Shown here piece by piece: positions 55,045 to 64,000 of a DNA stretch of 64,000 nucleotides. The notes under the pieces were generated by a model. The model was not told where the DNA came from and ran no database searches. It saw only the letters and a program-made list of their open reading frames with translations. Position 1 is the stretch's first letter; every line of letters starts with the position of its first letter. The DNA comes from Thermoproteota archaeon (lineage in GTDB: Archaea > Korarchaeota > Korarchaeia > Korarchaeales > Korarchaeaceae): the NCBI GenBank assembly GCA_027491915.1, contig JAOZGC010000004.1, positions 32,001-96,000 on the forward strand, in the 5' to 3' direction. The translations under genes and the position numbers were made by a program.

Positions 55045-55392
55045 TTGCCCCTCGACAGGCTGAGGGAGAAGATGACGAGGGAAAACCTGTGGCTCTACAT
55101 ATTCGCCCTCCTGCTCGAGGGGCCGAAGTACCCGTACGAGATGGCCGACCTGATAGAGAAGAGGTTCGGCTGGAGGCCCGCCAGGGTGACTGCCTACATA
55201 GTGATGAACAGGCTGAGGGCCGAGGGCTACCTGAGGGCTGTCAGGGTTCGGGGTGAGAACGGCAAGGCCCGCAACTACTTTGAGCTGACGGAGAAGGGGA
55301 GGAAGACCTTCTCCGAGGCGGAGAGGCTCCTGAGGTTGATATACAGGGAGCTGTTTGACAGGGAGATAGAGGATGGCCCGGATATGGCTTGA
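55045..55392 (+). CDS. PadR-family transcriptional regulator
   Basis: GPKYPYE..AYIVMNRL..EGY..RNYFELTEKG. Confidence 0.85.
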   Translation: MPLDRLREKMTRENLWLYIFALLLEGPKYPYEMADLIEKRFGWRPARVTAYIVMNRLRAEGYLRAVRVRGENGKARNYFELTEKGRKTFSEAERLLRLIYRELFDREIEDGPDMA

Positions 55393-56431
55393 CGCGGGGG
55401 CGCCCCGCGAGGCGCGCTACTTCTCCGTGATAGCCGAGTTGGCCCGGGAGAGGGGTCACGAAGTCCTCCTGACGGCGAAGGATCACGCCGAGACGGTAGG
55501 GCTCCTCCGTCGGCTTGGGGCGGATTTCGTCCCGGTCGGGAAGCACGGAGGCGGGACCAAGCTGGGGAAGCTCATCTCCTACGCCGAGAGGGCCGCCTCC
55601 CTCGCCTCCGTGGTATCCAAGTTCGACCCCGACGTTCTGGTCTCCCTGTCGGTGCCGGAGGCAGTCAGGGTGGCCTTCGGCCTGGGTAAGAGGATAATCT
55701 CCATAGACGACGCGCCTCACGCGTACCACGTCGGGAAGCTCTCCCTCCCCCTGTCCGACGCCGTCGTCTTCCCCGCCGCCATACCGCCCGAGCTCTTCCT
55801 CCGGCTGGGCGCCCCTCGGGAGGCCCTTCACCCCTTCGACGGGATAGATGAGGTGGCCTGGATAAGGAGGTTCTCCCCCGACGAGCGGGTCCTGGATGAG
55901 CTCGGACTGGAGCGCGGCGACCTGATAGTCGTGGCCAGGCCGGAGGAGTCCAAGGCCGCGTACCTGATGGACAGGGGGGACCTGGGCGTCGTCCTCCCGG
56001 TGGTCAGGCTGGCCCTGGAGGAGGGGGCCAGGGTGGTCTTCTTCCCGAGATATCCAGACCAGAGGAGGGCCGTTCAGGAATTCTCGGGAGGATCCGTAGT
56101 GATCCCGGACAGGCCGGTGGACACCCTGAGCCTCTACCACTTCTCGTCCATGGTGGTGACCGGCGGCGCGACCATGGCCAGGGAGGCGGCCATGTTGGGA
56201 GTCCCATCCCTCGTCATGTTCCCCCTTGAGGTGCCCCTCCACATAGAGAAGTACCTCGGGCGGCTGGGTCTCCCCATCCGCAGGGTCGGGGGGGTGGAGG
56301 AGGCCCTGGGGCTGGCCCGGTCCATACTGAGGGATCCGGAGTCGCACAGGGTGGATCCGAGACCCATCGTGTCCGCCATGGAGGATCCGGCCGAGCTGAT
56401 CCTCTCGATCATAGATGGCTGGTCCTCCTGA
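55373..56431 (+). CDS. DUF354-family GT-B glycosyltransferase-like protein
   Basis: RIWLD, VGKHGG, RPEESKAAY, GATMAREAAMLGVP. Confidence 0.8.
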   Translation: MARIWLDAGAPREARYFSVIAELARERGHEVLLTAKDHAETVGLLRRLGADFVPVGKHGGGTKLGKLISYAERAASLASVVSKFDPDVLVSLSVPEAVRVAFGLGKRIISIDDAPHAYHVGKLSLPLSDAVVFPAAIPPELFLRLGAPREALHPFDGIDEVAWIRRFSPDERVLDELGLERGDLIVVARPEESKAAYLMDRGDLGVVLPVVRLALEEGARVVFFPRYPDQRRAVQEFSGGSVVIPDRPVDTLSLYHFSSMVVTGGATMAREAAMLGVPSLVMFPLEVPLHIEKYLGRLGLPIRRVGGVEEALGLARSILRDPESHRVDPRPIVSAMEDPAELILSIIDGWSS

Positions 56432-57740
56432 AGTACTTCCTCCATAAGACCTCGGCCAGCACCACGGCCGGCTCCGCGACGTCGCACACCTCCGGGTTGT
56501 AGGGGTACTCCAGGAGCCTCAGGTCCTGGATCCTCATCCCCATCCTTATCGCCAGGGTGGCCAGCGCGACCCTCTCCCTGATCCCCCTCCTGCCGAAGAA
56601 CTGGGCTCCCAGGAGCCTGCCCTCCGGATCCGCCACGAACCACCCGGTGACCCTCTCCCTGTCCGGGGAGTACCGTGGCCTGTCAGATCCGGAGAAGGAC
56701 CCCGTCTTATATTCCATTCCGAGCCTGAAGGCCTCCCCGGCGGTTAGCCCGACCCCCCCGAGCTCGTACTCGCCGAAGCGCAGGACGTAAGGGCAGAGGG
56801 CCCCGGGATACTTCGTCCTGCCGCCGACCGAGTTCTCCCCGGCCACCCTCCCCTGGACCAGGGCCGTGGAGGCCAGCCCCGTCACCATGGGCCTGCCGCT
56901 GACCAGGTTCTTGACCTCCGCCACGTCTCCCGCCGCGTAAACGTCCTTCACCACCCTCATCTCGTCGTCAACCACGAGTCCGCCGGTCTCTCCTATCGGG
57001 AGGCCTGCCTCGGCCGCCAGCCTCGATTCCGGCCTGACCCCCGCGGCGAGTATGACGGTATCCGCCTCCACGAACCTCCCGCCGGCCGCCGCGACGCCCG
57101 TGACCCTGCCGCCGGACCCCCTTATCTCCTCCACCCTCGCCCTCAGCATGACCTTGACCCCCATCTCGGACAGGGCCTTGGCCGCCGCGGAGGCGATGGG
57201 GGGGTCCACCTTCCCCGGCATGAGCTGGTCCATCATCTCCATGAGGGTGACCTCCCTCCCGGTGGTCGCCAGCTCGGCCGCCGTCTCTATCCCCGTCGCG
57301 CTCCCCCCGACCACAGCGACCTTCTCGCCGAGCCACCCCAGTATCCTCTCGGCGTCTTCCACGTCCCAGAGCTTGCTTACCCCCTCCAGGTCCCTCCCGG
57401 GTATGGGCGGCAGGACCGGCCTCAACCCCGTGGCTATTATCAGCGAGTCGTAGTGGACCCTCTCCTCGTCTCCGTCCGCCTCGAAGGTTACCTCCTTCCT
57501 CTCCGGGTCGATTCTTCTGGCCTCCGCCCTCACTATCACCTGGACCCCAGGCCTGGATCTCCTCTCCACCACGTCGTCTAAGCCGAGCTTCCCGGAGAGG
57601 ACGTAGGGGAGGGCGCACGGGTGATAGGATGGATACGGGTGCCTCTCCAGCACCAGGACCTCGGCCCCCCTGGAGGAGAGCCTCGCGGCGGCGGCCGCCG
57701 TCTGCCCCGCCGTCCCGTTCCCTATGACCACGACCCTCAT
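56409..57740 (-). CDS. FAD-dependent NADH oxidase / CoA-disulfide reductase family protein
   Basis: VVIGNGTAG, SYHPCALPY redox Cys, IIATG, VVGGSATG.E, YAAGD, dimerisation-domain YPYNP. Confidence 0.85.
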   Translation of the reverse strand: MRVVVIGNGTAGQTAAAAARLSSRGAEVLVLERHPYPSYHPCALPYVLSGKLGLDDVVERRSRPGVQVIVRAEARRIDPERKEVTFEADGDEERVHYDSLIIATGLRPVLPPIPGRDLEGVSKLWDVEDAERILGWLGEKVAVVGGSATGIETAAELATTGREVTLMEMMDQLMPGKVDPPIASAAAKALSEMGVKVMLRARVEEIRGSGGRVTGVAAAGGRFVEADTVILAAGVRPESRLAAEAGLPIGETGGLVVDDEMRVVKDVYAAGDVAEVKNLVSGRPMVTGLASTALVQGRVAGENSVGGRTKYPGALCPYVLRFGEYELGGVGLTAGEAFRLGMEYKTGSFSGSDRPRYSPDRERVTGWFVADPEGRLLGAQFFGRRGIRERVALATLAIRMGMRIQDLRLLEYPYNPEVCDVAEPAVVLAEVLWRKYFRRTSHL

Positions 57741-57800
57741 CTCCCCGGACTCCGGCCGCCTAAATTTTAAGCCGGGGGGGCGCGGCCCGCCGACGTCCTG

Positions 57801-58571
57801 ATGCCCTATCTCAGGGTCGTTCCGGTGGCCGGGAAGATCAGGGCCTCCAAGCCGGTGGTCCTGGTTCAGGGGGTGCCGGGCCTCGGCCTGGTTGGGAAGA
57901 TAGCCGTCCAGTACGTCATAGACCTGCTCTCTCCACCTATGGTGGCCAGGATGTACAGCGACTACCTCCCCCTGCCCGACGGGTCGGCGGGCGTCGCCGT
58001 CGGGGAGGGAGACGTCGATCCCCCCTCCTACGACTTCTACCTGCTCAGCCAAGACGGGGCCCGGGTTGACCTGGTGCTGCTCACGGCGGAGGCCCAACCC
58101 ATACCCTGGGGCCAGTACAGGATAGGGGAGGCGGTCCTGGACTACGTCGAGGGACTGGGCGAGGTGGAGGCCGTCCTAACCTTCGGCGGATACGTACCAG
58201 CAGATCCGGCGACCGTCGGGGTGTTCGCCGCCAGCAACGACCCGGACCTGATGGAGATCCTGGAGTCCCACGGGGTGAGGCGGCTGGACGGGGGATTCGT
58301 CACCGGGGCGGCGGGCCTCCTGATAGCCCTGGCCCACCTCCGGGGGTTGAGGAGCGCCTGCCTCCTAAGCACAACCCGCGGCCACTCGCCCGATCCCGGC
58401 GCGGCGCTCCGCCTTGTCAGGCTGCTCAGCTCCCTGTTCGGGTTCGACATAGACACCTCCGAGCTGGAAGAGGCGGCCAAGCCGTCCGAGATCCCGAGAC
58501 CACCGGTCGGCATAGTTCAGGGAGAGGGGGAGGAGCCCAAGGGTGAAGAGGGGCTGCCCTACCACATGTGA
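57801..58571 (+). CDS. Second PAC2-family proteasome assembly chaperone
   Basis: GVPGLGLVGKIA, TFGGY, GAAGLL, PDPGAA; C-terminal LPYHM. Confidence 0.85.
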   Translation: MPYLRVVPVAGKIRASKPVVLVQGVPGLGLVGKIAVQYVIDLLSPPMVARMYSDYLPLPDGSAGVAVGEGDVDPPSYDFYLLSQDGARVDLVLLTAEAQPIPWGQYRIGEAVLDYVEGLGEVEAVLTFGGYVPADPATVGVFAASNDPDLMEILESHGVRRLDGGFVTGAAGLLIALAHLRGLRSACLLSTTRGHSPDPGAALRLVRLLSSLFGFDIDTSELEEAAKPSEIPRPPVGIVQGEGEEPKGEEGLPYHM

Positions 58572-58579
58572 TCTGTCCT

Positions 58580-59182
58580 CTAAGAGATCTTCCTGAGCCT
58601 GACCTCTAGGATGCCGTTGTTGTAGGAAGCCTTCGTCCCCTTCGCGTCTACCTTCGCCGGCAGATCCACGTCGGCCCGGTAGTGACCTGCCCTAACCGAG
58701 AGCCTGCCCCCCTTCAGCCTGAGCTTGATATCCTCCTTCTTGACACCCGGTATCTCCGCGACGACGACGATCTCGTCGCCGAAGTCCATCACGTCGACCA
58801 CGGGCTCCCTGACGAGCTTCGTCTCCACCCCCTCCCCGGACCCGTGACCGACCTCTGCAGCCTCGACCTCCTCCTCCACCTCCTCTATCTCCTCTTTGGG
58901 CTCCCCCCCACCAACGTTTCCGAAGTACCTTATCCTCGGCTTGCCGTCCGGCCCTATGGTCATGTAGTAACCGTACACCATGGGACCCCTTATCTCCATG
59001 CCCGATGGGGTCCTCAGCCTCGGGAACTTCTCCTCTATCTCATCCAGGTCCACGCCCTCCTCCATCAACTCTCTGAACTGTCTCTCCAGATCCTCCTGCA
59101 TCTTTCGGAAGAGCCTCATCATCTGCCTGAGCCACTCCTCGAAGGGATCCTCTTCATCCCCAACCGTCTCGGACACCCTCAT
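58580..59182 (-). CDS. hsp20: Archaeal small heat-shock protein Hsp20
   Basis: GPMVYGYYMTIGPDGKP..FGN, REPVVDV, AEIPGVKKEDI, ASYNNGILEV. Confidence 0.93.
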   Translation of the reverse strand: MRVSETVGDEEDPFEEWLRQMMRLFRKMQEDLERQFRELMEEGVDLDEIEEKFPRLRTPSGMEIRGPMVYGYYMTIGPDGKPRIRYFGNVGGGEPKEEIEEVEEEVEAAEVGHGSGEGVETKLVREPVVDVMDFGDEIVVVAEIPGVKKEDIKLRLKGGRLSVRAGHYRADVDLPAKVDAKGTKASYNNGILEVRLRKIS

Positions 59183-59199
59183 CGTTGGAGGCGCGCCGG

Positions 59200-61941
59200 T
59201 CAATAAACCCTTTGCGCCCGGACCCGGCGGCGGGCGGGTGGAAGGGAGATCACCTCGTCGGCCGACTGCTCGAACTCCCCCGTGTGCGACACCACTATCA
59301 CCTGGGGCAGGTCCACCTCCCCGAGGAGCCCGACGAGCTCGGCCCTCCTGTCCTCGTCGAGGTGGATGGTGGGCTCGTCCAGCATCAACATCTCGATCCT
59401 CCCGCCGGACAGGGCGCGGGCCAGTCCCATCCTCAGGCTGAGGGCGACCGCGACGGCCTCTCCCCCGCTCAGCTCCGCCAGGTCGTAGGATTCACCCCTC
59501 CTGATCAGTCGGATCTCCCAATCGTCGCTCAGGGTCAGCCCGTCGCACTCTATCCCGAACTTCGAGAGGTACTCCCACGCGTGGGCCTCTACGATCGGCC
59601 TCACCCTCTCCCTCATGACCCTCTGAATCCCCTCCTTCCCGAAGGCCTGCTTGACGCGCTCCAGAATAGAGATGAATCTCTCCAGCCTCTCCGACTCTTC
59701 CCTCGCCTTCTCAGCCCCTTCCAACTCCCTGAGGATCTCCCCCTCCTCCCTCCTCATCCTCCCCAACTCTCCCTCGAGCCGCGCCAACTCCCTCTCAGCC
59801 CCCTCCAACCTACGCTCCAGGTCCTCCTCCCTGCTCCGGAGGTAGGATTCCTCAGATTCGTCGTACCCGATCGATCTCATCTCTCCCTCGAGCTCAACTT
59901 CCCTCTCCCTCATCCTCTCGATGTCCTCCCCGATGATCTCCGCCTCCCTCTGGAGGGACCGATACTCCTCTAGGATCTCGGAGATCTTGTCCAGCCTCTC
60001 CCTCGCCTCCTGGGCCTCCCTGTAGGCCGCCTCCAGGTCCTCCGGAACTGCGCCCACCGCCCCCATTATCAGCCCGACGACCACGTCCCTCTCCCTCTCC
60101 AGCTTCTCCCTCTCCCTCTCCAGCCTCTCCCTCTCCATCCTCCTGCTCTCCCCCTCCTCTTCCATCTCCTCTACCCTTCTCCTCAGATAGTTCAACTCTA
60201 CTTCCCTCTCCCGCAGCCTCTTCAGCTCCTCCTCTATCTCTGAGATGCGAGCTTCCATCCCGGACAACCTCTCCCTCTTAGATCCGAGCCGCGAGAGTCT
60301 CTCCCTGAGCTCCTCCACCTCGGACTCGACGGACGTCAAGTCGGCGATCCCGCTCTCGGCGCACGCCCTAACCACCCTCAGCAGGGTCTCCCTCCGCGCG
60401 CGCAGCTCCCCCATCCTCGCCACCGTGAGGGACAGCCTCTCCTCCAGGGAGGCAGCCTCCTCAGAGAGTTCCCTCCGCCTATCCTCATATTTCGATATCA
60501 ACATCCTCCTCTTCTCATCCTCCAACTTGGAGCCGCACAGGGGGCACTTTCCCTCAGCCCCCTCAAGCGAGGAGATCCACCCGTCGATCCTCCCTATCTC
60601 GGCCCTCGCCTCTCCGATCCTCCTCTCCAGGTCGGATCTCTCCCCCTCCAAGACGGCGATCTCCCTATCCGCGATTTCCAGGGCCTCGTTCACCTTCGAC
60701 AGGGCCCCGTCCGGGGACCTCAGGGTTATCCCGCCTCCGGCCGCGGCCTCGGAGATCTCGACCCAGGCGGCCCGGAGCCTCTCGGCCCTCCCCTCCAGCT
60801 CCCTCAGCCTGGACCTGACCTCCGGCTCCCCGCTCAACTCCGCCCTCAGGGAACCGACCTCCGACTCCAACCTCCCTTTCTCCTCCCTCAACGCCGAAAT
60901 GGCCTCCCTCAAGCTCGCCTCCTCCATCAGCCTCCCTCTATATTCTCTTAGCCTATCCTCCCACCTATCCAACTCCCGCAGCCTGCCGTCCAGCGCCTCC
61001 TCCCTGATCCTGATCTCTCTGAGTCGCCTTATCGGCTCCGCCGCCTCGGCCATCTTCCTGAGCTCGTCTCTCTCCTCCAAGTGTCCCGACAGCTCCCTCA
61101 TCCTCCGCCTTATCTCCCTCAGCCGCTCCTCTCGAGATGACCGGTCCCTCCTCAACCTGTCCAGTGAGGTGGAAACCGCCTCGTGGGCCGATCGCCTGCC
61201 CTCCACCTCCCTGAGCCTCTCCCTCACCGAAATCAATTCCCCCCTCAGCTTGGATATCTCTCCCCTGAGCTCCTCGGAGCGGGACTCTCCCTCCACGATC
61301 TCTCTCCTCAATCTGTCCAGCCTCTCCCTGAGCTCTGATGCTCTCTCTGCCCTGGCCGACGCCCTGGCCCTCCTCTCGCGATACCTGACCAGGGCCCCCT
61401 TGACCTCCCCCTCCAGGTGGGAGAACAGCTCGGAGCCGAGGAGCTTCGACACGACCTCCTTCCTCCTGGCGGGCGTTTCGTTCAGGAACCCGAGCATCTC
61501 GCCCTGCCTCACGTAGACCGCGTCCACGAAGGCGGTGGGGCCGACGCCGAGGATCCTCCGCATCTCCTCCGAGACGTCCCTCTGACCGAACTGGACCGGC
61601 CTGAACTCCCCCGACCCTCCCTCCCCCTCCTCCCACACCAGCAGCCTGGCCGAGGCCTGCCCGTCCCTGGTCCTCTCCCTGACGACCCTGTAGGTCCTCC
61701 CTCCCGCCTCGAACGTCAGGGAGACCCTCATCCTCTCGGCCCCCCTCCTTATGAGGGAGGCCATCCTGCCGGAGAAGAGCCCGGGGTATATCGCGTAGGC
61801 TATCCCGTCCAGCACGCCCGTCTTTCCGGATCCGTTAGGTCCCAGCAGCAGGATTACGCCGTCCCCGAACTCCAGGGAGATCCTCTCGTGAGATCTGAAG
61901 TTTTCCATGGAGAGGCCCCTCACCCTCACCCTCTCACCCAC
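59200..61941 (-). CDS. rad50: DNA double-strand break repair ATPase Rad50
   Basis: GPNGSGKT, Q-loop YVRQGE, coiled coil with CPLCG hook, LSGGE, LDEPT. Confidence 0.95.
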   Translation of the reverse strand: MGERVRVRGLSMENFRSHERISLEFGDGVILLLGPNGSGKTGVLDGIAYAIYPGLFSGRMASLIRRGAERMRVSLTFEAGGRTYRVVRERTRDGQASARLLVWEEGEGGSGEFRPVQFGQRDVSEEMRRILGVGPTAFVDAVYVRQGEMLGFLNETPARRKEVVSKLLGSELFSHLEGEVKGALVRYRERRARASARAERASELRERLDRLRREIVEGESRSEELRGEISKLRGELISVRERLREVEGRRSAHEAVSTSLDRLRRDRSSREERLREIRRRMRELSGHLEERDELRKMAEAAEPIRRLREIRIREEALDGRLRELDRWEDRLREYRGRLMEEASLREAISALREEKGRLESEVGSLRAELSGEPEVRSRLRELEGRAERLRAAWVEISEAAAGGGITLRSPDGALSKVNEALEIADREIAVLEGERSDLERRIGEARAEIGRIDGWISSLEGAEGKCPLCGSKLEDEKRRMLISKYEDRRRELSEEAASLEERLSLTVARMGELRARRETLLRVVRACAESGIADLTSVESEVEELRERLSRLGSKRERLSGMEARISEIEEELKRLREREVELNYLRRRVEEMEEEGESRRMERERLEREREKLERERDVVVGLIMGAVGAVPEDLEAAYREAQEARERLDKISEILEEYRSLQREAEIIGEDIERMREREVELEGEMRSIGYDESEESYLRSREEDLERRLEGAERELARLEGELGRMRREEGEILRELEGAEKAREESERLERFISILERVKQAFGKEGIQRVMRERVRPIVEAHAWEYLSKFGIECDGLTLSDDWEIRLIRRGESYDLAELSGGEAVAVALSLRMGLARALSGGRIEMLMLDEPTIHLDEDRRAELVGLLGEVDLPQVIVVSHTGEFEQSADEVISLPPARRRVRAQRVY

Positions 61942-63113
61942 CTCGCGAACCAGCGATCTATCTCCTCCTGGATCTCCCCTCCCCTCTTTCCCTCGGAGGC
62001 CAGCCTGTAAATCTCCTTGGCCAGGGATGCCGCGTCTCCTTCGAGCATCTCCTCGAGGATCTCCTCCGGAGATACGGAGGAGACGGCCTCCCCGACAGTC
62101 CTCCCCCCGACGCCCTCCGCGGTCACGTGGATCCTCAGGACCCTGTCCCCCAATTCGTCGCCCAGTTTCCTCTCGAACCTCCTGAGCTCCTCGGGCGAGC
62201 CCCTGAACCTGAGCCTTATCCTGACCATCGGCCTCTTGCTGCCGCCGGCGGCGTCCAGTTCTGATAGCACCCTCTCTCGGATCCGCTCCAGATCCCCCTC
62301 GGATTCCGCGTCATCTCTCACCAACACGAACGGCCTGACGGACCTCAGATCCCACTTCTCCATTCTGATCTCCCCCCCCTCTTCCATCTCAACCGAGAAG
62401 AAACCCTTCCCGTTCACCTTGGCGCGGGGGATCTCCCTCTCCTCCACTATCTCGGTCGATCCGGCGTACACCACGGGCCCCCTCAGCACCTCCCCCGCTG
62501 GGATCGTCCTGTCGTGGACGTGACCCAGGGCGACGTAGTCGAACCCCAGGGCCGCCACGTCCCTGCGCCTCAGCTCAGCCCTGAAACGGGGCACGGCCGG
62601 CTCTACCGCCTGGTGGAGCACCAGCACGGATCTCCCGCCGCGCCTCCTCCTCTCCCCGCCCAGGGCCCTCAGCGCCCTCCTCAGGTCCGGCGCCTCCTGC
62701 CTCGGGGTGTAAGGGAGGCCCGCGATCAGGACGTCCCCCTCCTCCATCAGGGGCCTGTGATACCCGAGGTCCACGAACCACCCGTCCAGGGCGGCGGCCA
62801 GGAGCGGGAGCTGGGATCCCCTGCCGCCCCCCGGTCTGGGCCCGAGGTCGTGATTTCCCGCGACGCAGTAGACCCTGATGCCGGCCTCCGCCAGCCTCCT
62901 CAGCCCCTGGAAGGCAACGAGCATGACGTGGGGATACGGCCTGTGAGAATCGAACAGGTCGCCCGAGTGGACGACGAAGTCCGGTCTTATCTCCAGGGTC
63001 TTCTCGACGAACTCCTGGAACGCCTCGGCGAAATCCGCCTCCCTCTCGATCAGACCGTACTGCCTCCTCCCAAGGTGGTTGTCGGCGACGTGGACGAACC
63101 TGGCCAGGGTCAC
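61926..63113 (-). CDS. mre11: DNA double-strand break repair nuclease Mre11
   Basis: HVADNHLG, SGDLFD, GNHD, LHQ, YVALGHVH, YAGS. Confidence 0.94.
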   Translation of the reverse strand: MTLARFVHVADNHLGRRQYGLIEREADFAEAFQEFVEKTLEIRPDFVVHSGDLFDSHRPYPHVMLVAFQGLRRLAEAGIRVYCVAGNHDLGPRPGGGRGSQLPLLAAALDGWFVDLGYHRPLMEEGDVLIAGLPYTPRQEAPDLRRALRALGGERRRRGGRSVLVLHQAVEPAVPRFRAELRRRDVAALGFDYVALGHVHDRTIPAGEVLRGPVVYAGSTEIVEEREIPRAKVNGKGFFSVEMEEGGEIRMEKWDLRSVRPFVLVRDDAESEGDLERIRERVLSELDAAGGSKRPMVRIRLRFRGSPEELRRFERKLGDELGDRVLRIHVTAEGVGGRTVGEAVSSVSPEEILEEMLEGDAASLAKEIYRLASEGKRGGEIQEEIDRWFARWVRG

Positions 63114-63118
63114 CGCGA

Positions 63119-64000
63119 TCACCTCACGACCGACCCGTACCCCCTCCGGGGCCACCCTTCCCCAGCGCCCCCACTCCTCCCCCTCTCCCACATGTCGACG
63201 GCCCTGGGGGTCGCTCCTCCCCTCTTCCCGCGGAACTCGTCGACCCTGACCATGGCCGGCACCCTCACCATGGGGCCCACCACCACGGCCTCCCCCACGT
63301 TCAGCGACGGGAGGTAGGAGACCAGGTCCTCACTCAGGAACTCCGTCGCCCGCCTGACGTAGCTCTGATCGTCCGGCTCAACTATCCTGAGTATCACCTT
63401 GTTGACCATCTGGGACAGGACGTCCTGATCCAATCTCTTCGGCCTCTGACTCACGAGGCACAGCCCGACGCCGAATTTCCTACCCTCCCTGGCTATCCTC
63501 GAGGCCGCGAACCCGGTGTACGTTCCCCCCGCCCTAGGCACCAGGAGGTGGGCCTCCTCGAGGAAGAGCATGGCGGGTAGGGGGAGCTCCCCCCCATCCC
63601 TCCCGCCGGCGACGGCGGCCCTGGCCCTGGAGAGGAGCCTCATCATCGAGTGGCCGACCAAGACGTCTGCGGCGTCCAGACCAAGCGATCCCAGGTCCAC
63701 CACCACGGCCCTGCCGTAGTCTATGAGGTCCGCCAGGTCGGCGACCTGGGTAACGAGGATCCTTCCGTACGCGTCTCTGATCCGCTCCATCCTCGCTATC
63801 AGCCCGTAGACGCTGGACTTGGCGTCCCTGTCTACCGCGACGTCGACCCCGGGGAAGCTGGCCAGCCTCCTCCCCTCCGCGGCGGCCTCCGCCACCCCGT
63901 AGAGCATGGAGAGCATCCCGTCCAGCACGCTGTCCGGATTGGCCCCGTCTATCCCGGAGTCCGCCACGACCTCCGCCAGGCGGCCCTCCCCCCTGAGCTT
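63119..64000 (-). CDS. herA: HerA helicase/translocase, 5'-truncated by window edge
   Basis: LEEAH, IAREGRKFGVGL..SQRP, L..GEA; lies upstream of mre11-rad50. Confidence 0.92.
   Translation of the reverse strand, partial: KLRGEGRLAEVVADSGIDGANPDSVLDGMLSMLYGVAEAAAEGRRLASFPGVDVAVDRDAKSSVYGLIARMERIRDAYGRILVTQVADLADLIDYGRAVVVDLGSLGLDAADVLVGHSMMRLLSRARAAVAGGRDGGELPLPAMLFLEEAHLLVPRAGGTYTGFAASRIAREGRKFGVGLCLVSQRPKRLDQDVLSQMVNKVILRIVEPDDQSYVRRATEFLSEDLVSYLPSLNVGEAVVVGPMVRVPAMVRVDEFRGKRGGATPRAVDMWERGRSGGAGEGWPRRGYGSVVR

Noticed and set aside
59700-61400. Low-complexity CT/GA-rich quasi-repeats (also 1200-1250 and 44470-44550)
   Set aside because: They encode Glu/Arg/Lys-rich coiled coils or charged tails of Rad50, the thermosome and P1, not a DNA repeat element
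1-64000. CRISPR arrays, transposases, integrases, inteins, rRNA
   Set aside because: I recognised no regularly spaced repeats or diagnostic motifs by eye, and PolD, RadA and the RNAP subunits have lengths consistent with no intein. Short or degenerate elements could have been missed

Overview
A gene-dense, high-GC (roughly two-thirds G+C by eye) archaeal chromosome segment made mostly of core information-processing genes. The combination of PolD large subunit, unsplit RpoA (A'+A'' in one ORF), unsplit RpoB, eS30, Elf1 and a Methanococcus/Thermococcus-type S-layer protein points to a TACK-group thermophile, most likely Korarchaeota (inference). In order it carries: a thermosome subunit; a four-gene membrane module (two Wzy/O-antigen-polymerase-like proteins plus two paralogous single-pass proteins); rps8e-gar1, trm1, fibrillarin-nop5, rps30e, glmS and lsm; the rpoH-rpoB-rpoA-rpl30e-nusA-rps12-rps7 operon; a replication/translation superoperon (polC-RPA3-like-PCNA-priL-priS-GINS-rpl44e-rps27e-eIF2a-nop10); an S-layer/surface-protein locus with tRNA-Thr and an intron-containing tRNA-Arg; rpl12-alaS; repair genes (ogg, radA, herA-mre11-rad50); a tRNA thiolase with an odd ubiquitin-like partner; two PAC2 genes; and hsp20. 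I saw no CRISPR array, integrase or transposase. The best leads are the putative glycan-polymerase module with a sharply bounded 130-bp AT-rich in-frame patch, the S-layer accessory locus, a stand-alone TFE-beta/RPC34-like Fe-S mini-protein, a ubiquitin-like protein lacking the GG terminus, a GIY-YIG(DUF123)-HAD fusion, probable CTG initiation, and non-canonical uS12 and RNAP catalytic-loop sequences. All family assignments come from motif recognition, not database searches.
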